Counted from the first letter of the stretch, positions 17,396 through 26,100 are shown. The stretch is 62,434 bases of DNA from Candidatus Pacearchaeota archaeon (GCA_018304025.1 JAGVXA010000012.1:1-62434); one strand, 5' to 3'. The notes: generated by a model from the sequence alone, not told the origin. A program made the numbers and translations.

Positions 17396-18901
17396 TTATA
17401 CCACTTGCCAATACGCCCGAGTTAAAACGCACTGCGCGGGTGGCATCTCGGAGATATATTCATAAGCTCCGATGTCATAACCTTCCCCCTGTGGTCGAAG
17501 AGTTCCATCAATATCTAAAAATGGCGATGGCAAACTTATTCCAATTAAATCTCCTGCGTCGATTGCTGGACTTCCTAATTTTAAATGATAATCATTGTTT
17601 GCTTCATTCTCAAAAAAGGGATCCGCTGATATGCTATGCACTTCCTGAGCAGGATTTGCTTGTTTGAATTGACTTAACGTATCATACCAGCCATTCCAGG
17701 AGATCACACTGTTGTGATACAAATTATAATCTGAAGTAATTACAGCCCCCATGGGACTTAAACCCAAACCAACAAAGTTATCTGTAACAATATTGTCTCT
17801 TAAATTAACATTTCCAGTGATTTGCCCGCAATTTGGACCAATCAAAATAGCTTGGTACATCCCAGATACAGTATTGCTATGAACATTTAGGTTGTTTGTA
17901 ATGCCGCAATAAGGCGCTTGCATAATCACAAATATTCCTTTAGCATCAAAAGTAAAATCCTTTTTGTAAATAAGATTGCCTGCAATTTCAACGTTGTAAA
18001 AATTGTGAGTATTTCCCGTGTCACTCACTAGATAAATATGCTGGGTTGCATCATAAAATTCATTATTCAAAATTTTAAGCCCATTTATTCCCTCCTGAAG
18101 TTGTAAACTGTCCGCATGCCAGGGGCCAAAATTATAGGGTGCTGGATTAGTATGGTCGTGAATCTTATTGTCTTCAATAATCCAGTTATCCCCGTCCCCT
18201 CCCTTAATTCCATCAATTATGTTATCATGAATATTATTATTAATAATTCTAAGATTTAGTATGCTATCCCCTAAAATAATAATTCCATTCTGAAGATTAT
18301 GATAAACTTCATTATTCTCGATTAGTGTATCATCTGAATTTCTTAAGTCAATTCCTCCTTGATCAGCTGCGTGTCCCCATCCGCTTTCTTGATTGATATC
18401 CGGATAAAGATAGGTGTTGTCATGAATATAATTATTAACGACTTCACTTCCAGTATATCCGCCAATAGTCACGCCAGAATTATATCCCTTGCTTATATCA
18501 AGCCCTTCAATCCGAATATAATCTTTGGAAATTACAACTGAATTTCGCGTGTTCTCTCCATCAATTTTTACTTGACATCCATACTTAGTTCCATCGGCAT
18601 TGGTCTTGCATTCCTCTCCAGGATAAGCTTTGTAAGTTATCTTTGCATTAACTGTTCCAGATCTTGCAGAAGCAAGCGTTTCATAATAAGTCCCTTCTTT
18701 CAAACAGACAACATCTCCTGGCTGTGCAGAGCCTACTCCTGTTCCCGAGGCTGTTGCCAAACTGCAAGGATTCACTTCCGTACATGAAGTTCCGACGCCA
18801 ATTGTAGAGACATATTTTGTGCAATTTTCAATAGCACTTACACAACCCAAGCTTGCAAATAAGAATATCAAACTAAAAAATAATCCTCCTTTCTTTTTCA
18901 T
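17396..18901 (-). CDS. secreted right-handed parallel beta-helix repeat protein with C-terminal CVLTRAYWQVV tag
   Basis: Signal peptide ending LGC. Repeated N-x-I-x-x-N rungs (NNYIHDN, NNEVYHN, NNNIHDN, DNKIHDH). Confidence 0.7.
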   Translation of the reverse strand: MKKKGGLFFSLIFLFASLGCVSAIENCTKYVSTIGVGTSCTEVNPCSLATASGTGVGSAQPGDVVCLKEGTYYETLASARSGTVNAKITYKAYPGEECKTNADGTKYGCQVKIDGENTRNSVVISKDYIRIEGLDISKGYNSGVTIGGYTGSEVVNNYIHDNTYLYPDINQESGWGHAADQGGIDLRNSDDTLIENNEVYHNLQNGIIILGDSILNLRIINNNIHDNIIDGIKGGDGDNWIIEDNKIHDHTNPAPYNFGPWHADSLQLQEGINGLKILNNEFYDATQHIYLVSDTGNTHNFYNVEIAGNLIYKKDFTFDAKGIFVIMQAPYCGITNNLNVHSNTVSGMYQAILIGPNCGQITGNVNLRDNIVTDNFVGLGLSPMGAVITSDYNLYHNSVISWNGWYDTLSQFKQANPAQEVHSISADPFFENEANNDYHLKLGSPAIDAGDLIGISLPSPFLDIDGTLRPQGEGYDIGAYEYISEMPPAQCVLTRAYWQVV

Positions 18902-18955
18902 TTCATCTCAAAGAAAATCTAATTAATAAATCTTCTTGTATTTCTTTAAAGAAAC

Positions 18956-20719
18956 CTAGAAAGAAATCTCAAAATCGCCAATTTCTCTTTTCAATACTGA
19001 GAAAACCTCTGAAGAAATAGAACCTTTCAAATCTTTCTTTGTTTCTTTCATTGCTTTTTCAAGCTCTTCCTTATTTGAATTTGTTAATTTGCCGTCGTGG
19101 ATTTTGCTGATTTTTCCGTTTTGCTGGACTAAGAAAGCTCCGCCATTTACCAGAACTAATTCTGCTTTTCCTTCTTTGAGGCTTATCTGCAGGACGTCTT
19201 TCTCGACGCCGACTAAATCCTTTCTCTGCGCAAACTCTGTCAAAGCGTTTGTCAATTCTCCTGCATCGCGGATAATTCTCTGCATTTCGCTTTGAGTTAT
19301 TGCTTTTTTCTTTTTCAATCCTGAAATTTCTCTCGCAATCGGAAGCATTCTTTCGACAATTTTTCCTTTCTTAACCATTTCCTTGTCAAGAGATTTTATC
19401 AATTCGTCGGGAGATTTATCACCCAGATTTTGTTTCATCAGCTTAAATGTTTCGTCCTGAATTTTCTCTGCCTGATGCAGATTCATTCTTTGCTCTAATT
19501 TAGTCCTCAGCTTTTTCATCTTTTCTGTAAATTCCTTTGATTCTTTCAGCAAGTCGTCAATTTCTTTTCCGGAAATTTCTTTTAATTTTCCGTGCTCGTA
19601 ATCTTTGTAATATTTAACGACTTTTTCCAAAGTTTTCAATTCTTTTTCGTCCATAACTTTTTCTTTTTTGACTAAAACTTCTCGGACTTCCTGCACAATT
19701 GTTTTTGGGACTGGCGGGCCGAAATAAATGTCAACCATTGCGTCCATCATTCTTCTTTTTATTATTTCTTCTGTTCTGTCTCCTTCTTTCATGTACAAAT
19801 CAATTGCTTCCGGGGAGGGCTTGATTTTTCCCATCTGCAAAAGTCTTTTCCACGGCGTGAATGTTCCCCTGTCATAAAGCGGAATTCCGTCTCGGATGAA
19901 AGTAAAACCGACTGGCTCTGCGTCTTTAACTCTCTGCCAGAAATCTGTCAAAAGCCAGACCTGAACATTAAGAATATTTTTTACGCCTGCCAGAGCTGTT
20001 GCTTCTTTTATGAAATCGTAGGTAATTCTTCTTCTTAATTTTTCTAAGAGTTCAACTCTCGACATTCTTTTTACGTCTGTGTCGTCGATTATTACGATTG
20101 TGTCGACGTCTGAAGTTTTACTTGCAGTTCCTCTTACTAGCGAGCCGCCTATCGCGTAAGTTGCGACGTACTGCGTTCTTCCTGTATTCAGCCAGTTTAA
20201 TGTCAGGTTTTTGTGGATGGATGCAACTCTTAATGAGCCCAAAAATCCGTCGTCATAAAGCGGGAAACTTGCAGCGATTGCGTCGATAAATTCGAACTTT
20301 GAATCCAATCCGTAATTCCAGACATCAACTTCAGAGGATTTGATATGAACCCACAAATTTTCTTTTGTTTCTTTTACTATCTCGACGACATCTGTTTTTA
20401 TCTTGTTCAAGTCCTTGTATTTTTCTTCAGGAATTATCATCATTATATGCAGAGGTTTTGAATCAATTACTTCTTTAGGCAGGCCTTCGTCTTCTTCAAA
20501 AAACTGGAATGAATTTGCAGGCAAAACTCCCAGCGCTTTTGTGAACGAGAATTTCTTGCAGATTTTTTTTGAAAATTCCGCCAGCTTCTTTTTTAATTTT
20601 TCAAAATCTTCTTTTTTTTGATCCTTATCCGGCTTAGGAAGAGAGGATGGGCTAGATGGGGTGTATTTCATTGCGCTGGATAAATTGTCCGCTAGTGATT
20701 TTGGTTTTTCTTCTGACAT
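18956..20719 (-). CDS. large nucleotidyltransferase-domain protein with Lys/Glu-rich helical C-terminal half
   Basis: 587 aa. Pol-beta-type motif GGSLVRGTASKTSDVDTIVIIDD. Confidence 0.65.
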   Translation of the reverse strand: MSEEKPKSLADNLSSAMKYTPSSPSSLPKPDKDQKKEDFEKLKKKLAEFSKKICKKFSFTKALGVLPANSFQFFEEDEGLPKEVIDSKPLHIMMIIPEEKYKDLNKIKTDVVEIVKETKENLWVHIKSSEVDVWNYGLDSKFEFIDAIAASFPLYDDGFLGSLRVASIHKNLTLNWLNTGRTQYVATYAIGGSLVRGTASKTSDVDTIVIIDDTDVKRMSRVELLEKLRRRITYDFIKEATALAGVKNILNVQVWLLTDFWQRVKDAEPVGFTFIRDGIPLYDRGTFTPWKRLLQMGKIKPSPEAIDLYMKEGDRTEEIIKRRMMDAMVDIYFGPPVPKTIVQEVREVLVKKEKVMDEKELKTLEKVVKYYKDYEHGKLKEISGKEIDDLLKESKEFTEKMKKLRTKLEQRMNLHQAEKIQDETFKLMKQNLGDKSPDELIKSLDKEMVKKGKIVERMLPIAREISGLKKKKAITQSEMQRIIRDAGELTNALTEFAQRKDLVGVEKDVLQISLKEGKAELVLVNGGAFLVQQNGKISKIHDGKLTNSNKEELEKAMKETKKDLKGSISSEVFSVLKREIGDFEISF

Positions 20720-20769
20720 GTATATTGAAAAAAAGTAGGTTTTATAAAGGTGCTGGTTTTGCGAGATTT

Positions 20770-21588
20770 ATGAGAACCATAAGAGCAGACTTGCATAATC
20801 ACTTGAGAACAAGCAGCAGAATGGACGGGCTGTTTAATCCCGCGATTGACAGGGCTGCTGAGAGGTTGGGGAGCGGAGGGATTTTTGGACTTGTGAACTT
20901 TTCCGACCACAGATATGAGGACTTTGCTGGACAGAGAGGATACGAAAGAGAAAATTTTGGGAATGCTGTTTATGTTCCTGAAAAAGATATTTTGGTTGTG
21001 AAAGGGCAGGAAGTTCCGACGGCAAAAGGACATTTGCTTGTTTTAGGTTTGGAAGAAGACAACCATTTGAAAGAGGGAAGGCCTGTTTTGGATTCGATTA
21101 AAGAAGCGAAAGACGCGAATGGAATTATTGTTGCAGATCATCCTTTCGGCAAGGAAGGACTCGGGCATTTTTTTGTCGACGAATACAATTCTCATCGAGA
21201 TTATTTTGGTTTATTAAATGGCTGGGAAGTTTTTAATGGCGAAGCTGCCTTGTGGTTTCCTGGCTTGACTCCGAAAAACGCAAACAATGCGGCGCATGAT
21301 ATTTATGAGTCATACCGGCTTGAAGTAAAAGGCATTGCAGCTGTTACAAGCAGTGACGGACATTCCCTGCGCGAATTAGGAACAAGCTATATGCCTTTGG
21401 AAACATCTGATGACTATGATAATATAAAATCTTCGAATGAGATATCTTCTGTACTGCGCAACTGCCTGGGTTCAACAAAATTTTCAGGATTTTTTGGAAG
21501 GAAGAACGATTCTAAACTGGGTGCGCTGGCTCATCTCGCTGATTTGGCTGTTCTTTCCGGCTTGAGCAAGATTGGGATAAAAATATAA
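20770..21588 (+). CDS. PHP-domain metal-dependent phosphoesterase
   Basis: ATG at 20770 gives MRTIRADLHNHLRTS. Later ADHPF and SDGHS. The track start at 20656 adds an implausible extension overlapping the divergent gene. Confidence 0.7.
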   Translation: MRTIRADLHNHLRTSSRMDGLFNPAIDRAAERLGSGGIFGLVNFSDHRYEDFAGQRGYERENFGNAVYVPEKDILVVKGQEVPTAKGHLLVLGLEEDNHLKEGRPVLDSIKEAKDANGIIVADHPFGKEGLGHFFVDEYNSHRDYFGLLNGWEVFNGEAALWFPGLTPKNANNAAHDIYESYRLEVKGIAAVTSSDGHSLRELGTSYMPLETSDDYDNIKSSNEISSVLRNCLGSTKFSGFFGRKNDSKLGALAHLADLAVLSGLSKIGIKI

Positions 21589-21602
21589 ACCTATTTTTGA
21601 GA

Positions 21603-23327
21603 CTATTCATATAAAATTCTCTTCTGCATTTTTTTCTCTGAGAAAGTTTTAGGAACGTAAATTTTCTTTTTTGTTCTGGGGTTCATTTCAGTATAATACA
21701 TGCAGGTTGAAACAGTCATTGGCGTCGGAGTAAATATCTGGATCTTCTCGGCGTTTTTAATTTTTTTCATGTAGCTTTTCAGCTCTTCTGCTTCTTTCAT
21801 AGAACTTCCCGGATGCGCTGCCATAAAATAGAAACTTAAATCTCCGCAATCAAGTTTTCTGAATTTTCTGATAAATTCATCGAGGTTTCCTCCAGATTTG
21901 TTCATTAATTTCAAAATTTCTGAATTAACATGCTCGGGAGCAATTTTTAACCTTCCTGAAATGTGATGTTTTAATTCTTTCAGATATTCGTCGTTAGCAA
22001 GTTCGTATCTTATTCCGCTTCTTATAAAAATCTTTTTTATTCCTTTAACTTTAGGTGTATAATTCGTTTTGTTTCGGCACGCAATTGGATTTTGCTTCGC
22101 AAAATCTTTTCTGTAAAATTCGCTCCGCGAATTTGGCGTGCCGAAGTTAATCTTTCTCGCTTTTTTTAAAAGTTCAATAAGTTTTTTATTGCTTCTGTCA
22201 AGTTTTTTGCATTCAAGACAGTTGTTTTTGCAGACGTATCTGGCTGGGCAGTCCATTCCGTACATATTTGCAGACGGGCCGCCGAAATCGTCGATGTTTC
22301 CCTTAAAATTCGGCAGAGAGGTTATATATTTTAGTTCTCTCAAAATAGAATCTTCGCTTCTTGAAATTATTTTGTCTCCTGAAGTCAGTCTTAGAGAACA
22401 GAAATTACAATTTCCTATACATCCTCGGTGCGTAACGACGCTGAATTCAAAACCTTTCATTTCTTTCAGGTTAATTTTTCTGCTAAACGGAAGCTCGTAG
22501 TATTTATCCAAATCTTCGGATTTATATTCGGGAAACATATACTGGAGAATGTAAAAGTTCCCTGTTTTTTGCGCAAGGTTTTCTTGATTAGAAAACATAT
22601 TTTGCATATCGCAGAATTTTTCTTTTGATTCGAGAACTTCTTCGTGGGACGGGAGTATTTTTGGTATATAATCTATTTCGTTTTCGGCACGCAATTGGAC
22701 GCCAATTGTAGCGGCTGGCGTCTTGTCTTTATGCAAAATTCCGGAGGAATTTTGCCGGCGTGCCGAATTAACTTGAAAATTCTTTGGAATTTCTCTTGTT
22801 CTGATGCATGTTCCTTTGATTCCTGAAATTTCTTTTTTATTTTTTATTCTCTCGGCGATTTCAAGCACTTGTTTTTCTCCATTTCCGTAGACGAGGATAT
22901 CTGCGCGCGTGTCAAAAAGGATTGATTTTCTCAGAGAGTTGCTCCAGTAATCGTAATGGGTGAATCTTCTTAATGTTGCTTCTGTTCCGCCGAGGACGAT
23001 TTTAGAATCTTTGAAATATTTTCTTACCCAGTTTGCGTAAACAATTACTGCCCTGTCCGGAACTGTTTTTTCGAAATTGAGATTTTCGTCGTTTTCCCTC
23101 GGCCTGTTAAGAGCAGAATAATTTCTTAACATTGAATCAATGCTGCCTGAAGTTATTCCGAAAAATAATTTTGGCTTTCCTAGACATAGAATATCTTTTT
23201 CGTTTTTTGGAGAGGGGATTATTCCGACTTTGTATCCTTCGCTTTCGAGGACTCTTTTTAGTATTGCTACTCCGCATAAAGGATGATCGTAGTATTCTGG
23301 TGTGATGAAAATAATGTCGTAATTCAT
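21603..23327 (-). CDS. ygiQ: YgiQ-family radical SAM protein carrying two in-frame palindromic-repeat insertions
   Basis: N-terminus YDIIFITPEYYDHPLCGVAIL, radical SAM CIGNCNFC, KGIKKIFIRSGIRYEL, HISGRLKIAPEH. All are collinear with UPF0313/YgiQ. Confidence 0.85.
   Translation of the reverse strand: MNYDIIFITPEYYDHPLCGVAILKRVLESEGYKVGIIPSPKNEKDILCLGKPKLFFGITSGSIDSMLRNYSALNRPRENDENLNFEKTVPDRAVIVYANWVRKYFKDSKIVLGGTEATLRRFTHYDYWSNSLRKSILFDTRADILVYGNGEKQVLEIAERIKNKKEISGIKGTCIRTREIPKNFQVNSARRQNSSGILHKDKTPAATIGVQLRAENEIDYIPKILPSHEEVLESKEKFCDMQNMFSNQENLAQKTGNFYILQYMFPEYKSEDLDKYYELPFSRKINLKEMKGFEFSVVTHRGCIGNCNFCSLRLTSGDKIISRSEDSILRELKYITSLPNFKGNIDDFGGPSANMYGMDCPARYVCKNNCLECKKLDRSNKKLIELLKKARKINFGTPNSRSEFYRKDFAKQNPIACRNKTNYTPKVKGIKKIFIRSGIRYELANDEYLKELKHHISGRLKIAPEHVNSEILKLMNKSGGNLDEFIRKFRKLDCGDLSFYFMAAHPGSSMKEAEELKSYMKKIKNAEKIQIFTPTPMTVSTCMYYTEMNPRTKKKIYVPKTFSEKKMQKRILYE
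22075..22143. mobile_element. 69-nt palindromic unit (CGGCACGC arms) inside the ygiQ coding sequence
   Basis: Identical to 6547..6615. Translated in-frame as GTPNSRSEFYRKDFAKQNPIACR. Confidence 0.75.
22685..22765. mobile_element. 81-nt palindromic unit (CGGCACGC arms) inside the ygiQ coding sequence
   Basis: Same arms and AATTGGAC start. Hairpins gacgcc/ggcgtc and caaaattcc/ggaattttg. Translated in-frame as ARRQNSSGILHKDKTPAATIGVQLRA. Confidence 0.7.
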
Positions 23328-23363
23328 ACTTGAGAGATTTAAACCGAATATATAAATAATTCT

Positions 23364-23519
23364 TTATCGTTGTTTTTTCGGCACGAAATACAAAAACCAA
23401 ATGAACCAAAGCAGCCAAAGCATGTCAAGCCAATCTTGCGTTAAGATTCCCGGAATTCCTAACAACCCCAAGAATCCTAAAAATCCCAGCATCCAATCTT
23501 TTCTCAATTTCTTTTTCAT
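23364..23519 (-). CDS. 51-aa small membrane protein MKKKLRKDWMLGFLGFLGLLGIPGIL...
   Basis: Below the track cutoff. ATGA overlap with the stop of 23516..23752. Confidence 0.5.
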   Translation of the reverse strand: MKKKLRKDWMLGFLGFLGLLGIPGILTQDWLDMLWLLWFIWFLYFVPKKQR

Positions 23520-23752
23520 TTTAATTTTTTAATTATATCAATTATTGCAAGCAAAACTCCGACGCCGATTAGACTATATCCGACTAATCTGCTTTCTCCG
23601 AAAATTATTCCTGCCAAGATGAATGCAAATGCAAGACTTGCTAAGATTGTTAATGGTTTTTGTTTTTTGTTTTTCCTTACGAAAAAAATTAGGATAGCAA
23701 TAACTAGTAAAACTAAGATTGAAATCAAGATGTATATTTGGGATGGTTCCAT
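23516..23752 (-). CDS. hypothetical small membrane protein (2 TM)
   Basis: 78 aa, ATG start. Tightly packed with its neighbours. Confidence 0.55.
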   Translation of the reverse strand: MEPSQIYILISILVLLVIAILIFFVRKNKKQKPLTILASLAFAFILAGIIFGESRLVGYSLIGVGVLLAIIDIIKKLK

Positions 23753-23754
23753 TG

Positions 23755-23970
23755 TTATATTCCTAAAAATTTAAACGCTTCGTAGACGAGAAACGCCGGC
23801 CAGACAATCGCTTTTAGTATCCCCAAAACTCCTGCCCAGAACCCGTTTGCTGTGGAGACGTAATAAATTGCCGAGCCGAGAAAACCCAAGCCGTAAACAG
23901 CTCCGCCGCAAGCTCCGCAAGAACTTTTTCCGCAGGATTTATTTTTTTCCTTATTCATCTTTTTATTCAT
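23755..23970 (-). CDS. hypothetical small membrane protein with CGKSSCGACGG segment
   Basis: The track start at 23979 is TTG, so the first ATG at 23970 is used. 2 TM helices. Confidence 0.55.
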   Translation of the reverse strand: MNKKMNKEKNKSCGKSSCGACGGAVYGLGFLGSAIYYVSTANGFWAGVLGILKAIVWPAFLVYEAFKFLGI

Positions 23971-24081
23971 TCTTTTCAATATTTAAACGTTTTTATTTAA
24001 TTCAATATTTAGTATATCTGAAATTGTGCCAATTAAAAAAATATTGATTGGCTGTAAATACTTAATGTATCTGGCAAGGAA

Positions 24082-24411
24082 ATGGAAATTGATTTTGAAA
24101 CTTGTAAATTTCTTATAGAGAGATTTAGGAAGTTGAATAAATTTGAAATATTGGAAGATGACAACCCGCACGGGTTTGGAGACGGCGTAGATTATTGGTC
24201 GTATACTATTTTAGAATCTGCGAATCTTAAAGTAATATATGCGCGATATGATTTATTTGGGCGAAATGATATAACTGTGATTGACAAAGAAAAAAATATC
24301 TGCATTTACTCGAATTCTCCGTATCCGGAAGAGTTTGGAATTGATAAAATGGAAAGGACGAGAATACAAACGCTGGATGAATTAATAAGACGTGTTGAAG
24401 AGAGATTGTAG
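24082..24411 (+). CDS. hypothetical protein
   Basis: 109 aa, ATG start. No recognisable motif. Confidence 0.45.
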   Translation: MEIDFETCKFLIERFRKLNKFEILEDDNPHGFGDGVDYWSYTILESANLKVIYARYDLFGRNDITVIDKEKNICIYSNSPYPEEFGIDKMERTRIQTLDELIRRVEERL

Positions 24412-24420
24412 ATTTTTGGG

Positions 24421-24463
24421 ATGGGCCTGAAGAGAATCGAACTCCTGACTACTCGGTGTAAAC
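24421..24463 (-). repeat. exact copy of the tRNA-Val 3' half (anticodon loop to 3' end), att-like
   Basis: 43 nt identical to 25731..25773. No matching 5' half follows. Confidence 0.75.
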
Positions 24464-24514
24464 AAATGTATCCTAAAGGTAACTTTTTGTAACGAGCTAC
24501 AGAGTTTATGTTTT

Positions 24515-25555
24515 TTATTTAGGATTACAGTAAGATTCTTCTAATTCCTTAAGATAATATTTTGACCAAACAAGTGGACTGTCCATTACCCTCTGGTTAT
24601 CAAATCTTTTTAGATAGGTTTTGCCATCTGAAAACAAATGTTTTCTAAAAACAACTCCAGAGTAACCTTCAATAAAAGTAGGGTCTACCTCGCCTTTGCT
24701 ATACCAGTATCCGCATACATTAATATTTCCACGCACATTCTCTGGAATTAATTCTTTTACCTCAAGGCTATCAAGATAAAAAATATACTGTTTTTGTGGC
24801 AATCCTCCAAGTACAAGTTCATAAATTACAGCATCTCCTTCTGGAGACCATCTCGTAAATCCATAATTGTATCCCCAGCCATCATCCCAACCGCTTGAAT
24901 TGTTTACTGGAATTTTTGTATTAAACGCTTCTTCAAAAACTTTTTTCTCTTCCCTAGTTTCTAAATCGTAAATGAATATCTCGACATGCTGAGTCTGATT
25001 TTTATAAATATCCTCTCCGTAAGTGTATCGTACCCTATCAAATAAAATTTTATCTTCCGTAGAGGATATTCCTAATAAATTACTGATATTTTTACTTACT
25101 ATAAAAAATTCTTGGTTATCAAGGTCATAGCCATAAATATTCTTTTCTGGTCGTGCAAGAATGCCAGTCTTATTATTCACGTATGTTTCAAATGAAGACT
25201 CTTCTGTTTCAAAAAATAAGAATTTCTTGTCTTTAGACAAATGGAGACCAGTTGTACTAACAATATAACAATAATCTAACTTTGTTAAAAGCATTTCTTT
25301 TTCAGAATTAATATTTTTTAGATAAACTTGGCAAGAGCGATCATTATATTTGTCTGTTATTCCTTCTCTTTTAGTAAACAAAACATTTTCTCCGTCTAAA
25401 GTTATTCTTTGAAAAGAATCCCCTTTTTGCCAATTAATATAAAGAAACGGCTTTTCCAAAAGTGGACCTGGAGTTATTAGAGAATAAAACACAACTGAAA
25501 ATATAGCAACCAAAATCAAAATTATAAAAAAGATAATAATCAATTTTTTGCCCAT
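24515..25555 (-). CDS. hypothetical N-terminally membrane-anchored protein
   Basis: The track start is TTG. The ATG at 25555 gives MGKKLIIIFFIILILVAIFSVVF. Confidence 0.6.
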   Translation of the reverse strand: MGKKLIIIFFIILILVAIFSVVFYSLITPGPLLEKPFLYINWQKGDSFQRITLDGENVLFTKREGITDKYNDRSCQVYLKNINSEKEMLLTKLDYCYIVSTTGLHLSKDKKFLFFETEESSFETYVNNKTGILARPEKNIYGYDLDNQEFFIVSKNISNLLGISSTEDKILFDRVRYTYGEDIYKNQTQHVEIFIYDLETREEKKVFEEAFNTKIPVNNSSGWDDGWGYNYGFTRWSPEGDAVIYELVLGGLPQKQYIFYLDSLEVKELIPENVRGNINVCGYWYSKGEVDPTFIEGYSGVVFRKHLFSDGKTYLKRFDNQRVMDSPLVWSKYYLKELEESYCNPK

Positions 25556-25598
25556 GGAGGATGAAAACAAATCTAATTTATAAATCCTTTGAAAATGA

Positions 25599-25650
25599 GC
25601 GGCCCCGAAGAGAATCGAACTGGTGAATACTCGGTGTAAACAAATGTATC
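25599..25650 (-). repeat. degenerate third copy of the tRNA-Val 3' half
   Basis: gcggccccgaagagaatcgaactggtgaatactcggtgtaaacaaatgtatc. It shares the extra aaatgtatc extension with the copy at 24421. The T-stem is broken. Confidence 0.5.
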
Positions 25651-25731
25651 ATAAAGATTCTATTATGTTACATTTTACCAATTTCTTGGTGTGATTCGCT
25701 TGAACCGAGCAATCTATCCCTTTAATTTATA

Positions 25732-25802
25732 TGGGCCTGAAGAGAATCGAACTCCTGACTACTCGGTGTAAACGAGTCATTTTGCCACTAGACTACAGGC
25801 CC
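25732..25802 (-). tRNA. tRNA-Val(TAC)
   Basis: GGGCCTG-TA-GTCT..-ACTCG-TTTACAC-CGAGT-AGTC-AGGAG-TTCGATT-CTCTT-CAGGCCC-A. 71 nt, weak D-stem. Confidence 0.85.
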
Positions 25803-25895
25803 ATATTATTCATGAGAAATTAGCGGTTTTAAATTTATTGTTTGAAAAATTATTTATGACAATCTTTAAATAACTCTTGTTTTTATTTCACTTGA

Positions 25896-26039
25896 GCGAT
25901 ATTAGTTAAGTGGCAGAACGACACGTTGCCAATGTCCAACTTTCTTTAGAAAAGAAAGTTCGGCGCTCAAAGAAACTAATATAGTCTTTGAGAGCAGAGC
26001 AAAAACGTGTAAACCGGGGTTCGATTCCCCGATATCGCA
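25896..26039 (+). tRNA. tRNA-Gly(GCC) with 73-nt intron (25932..26004)
   Basis: GCGATAT-TA-GTT..AAC-G-ACACG-TTGCCA[intron]A-CGTGT-AAAC-CGGGG-TTCGATT-CCCCG-ATATCGC-A. Confidence 0.85.
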
Positions 26040-26040
26040 T

Positions 26041-26100
26041 ATGTCCAACTTTCTTTAGAAAAGAAAGTTCGGCGCTCAAAGAAACTAATATCGTCTCTGT
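26041..26100 (+). repeat. 3' trailer copy of the first ~52 nt of the tRNA-Gly intron
   Basis: atgtccaactttctttagaaaagaaagttcggcgctcaaagaaactaatat is identical at 25932.. and 26041... It contains a 10-bp hairpin and aactaatatcg, the antisense of tRNA nt 2-12. Confidence 0.8.

Noticed and set aside
22075-22765. Palindromic units in ygiQ as bulge-helix-bulge mRNA introns
   Set aside because: Not excluded, but I could not fold a canonical 3-4-3 BHB at the unit boundaries. For the related unit in the glucokinase gene, removal of the 67-nt core would break the frame. It is kept only as an alternative within the finding.
24421-25650. Partial tRNA-Val copies as functional 3' halves of split tRNA genes (Nanoarchaeum-style)
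   Set aside because: Identity begins at position 32, not 38, so each copy includes the whole anticodon loop. The upstream extension is not complementary to any 5'-half trailer seen here. The T-stem of the 25599 copy is disrupted. Integration remnants fit better.
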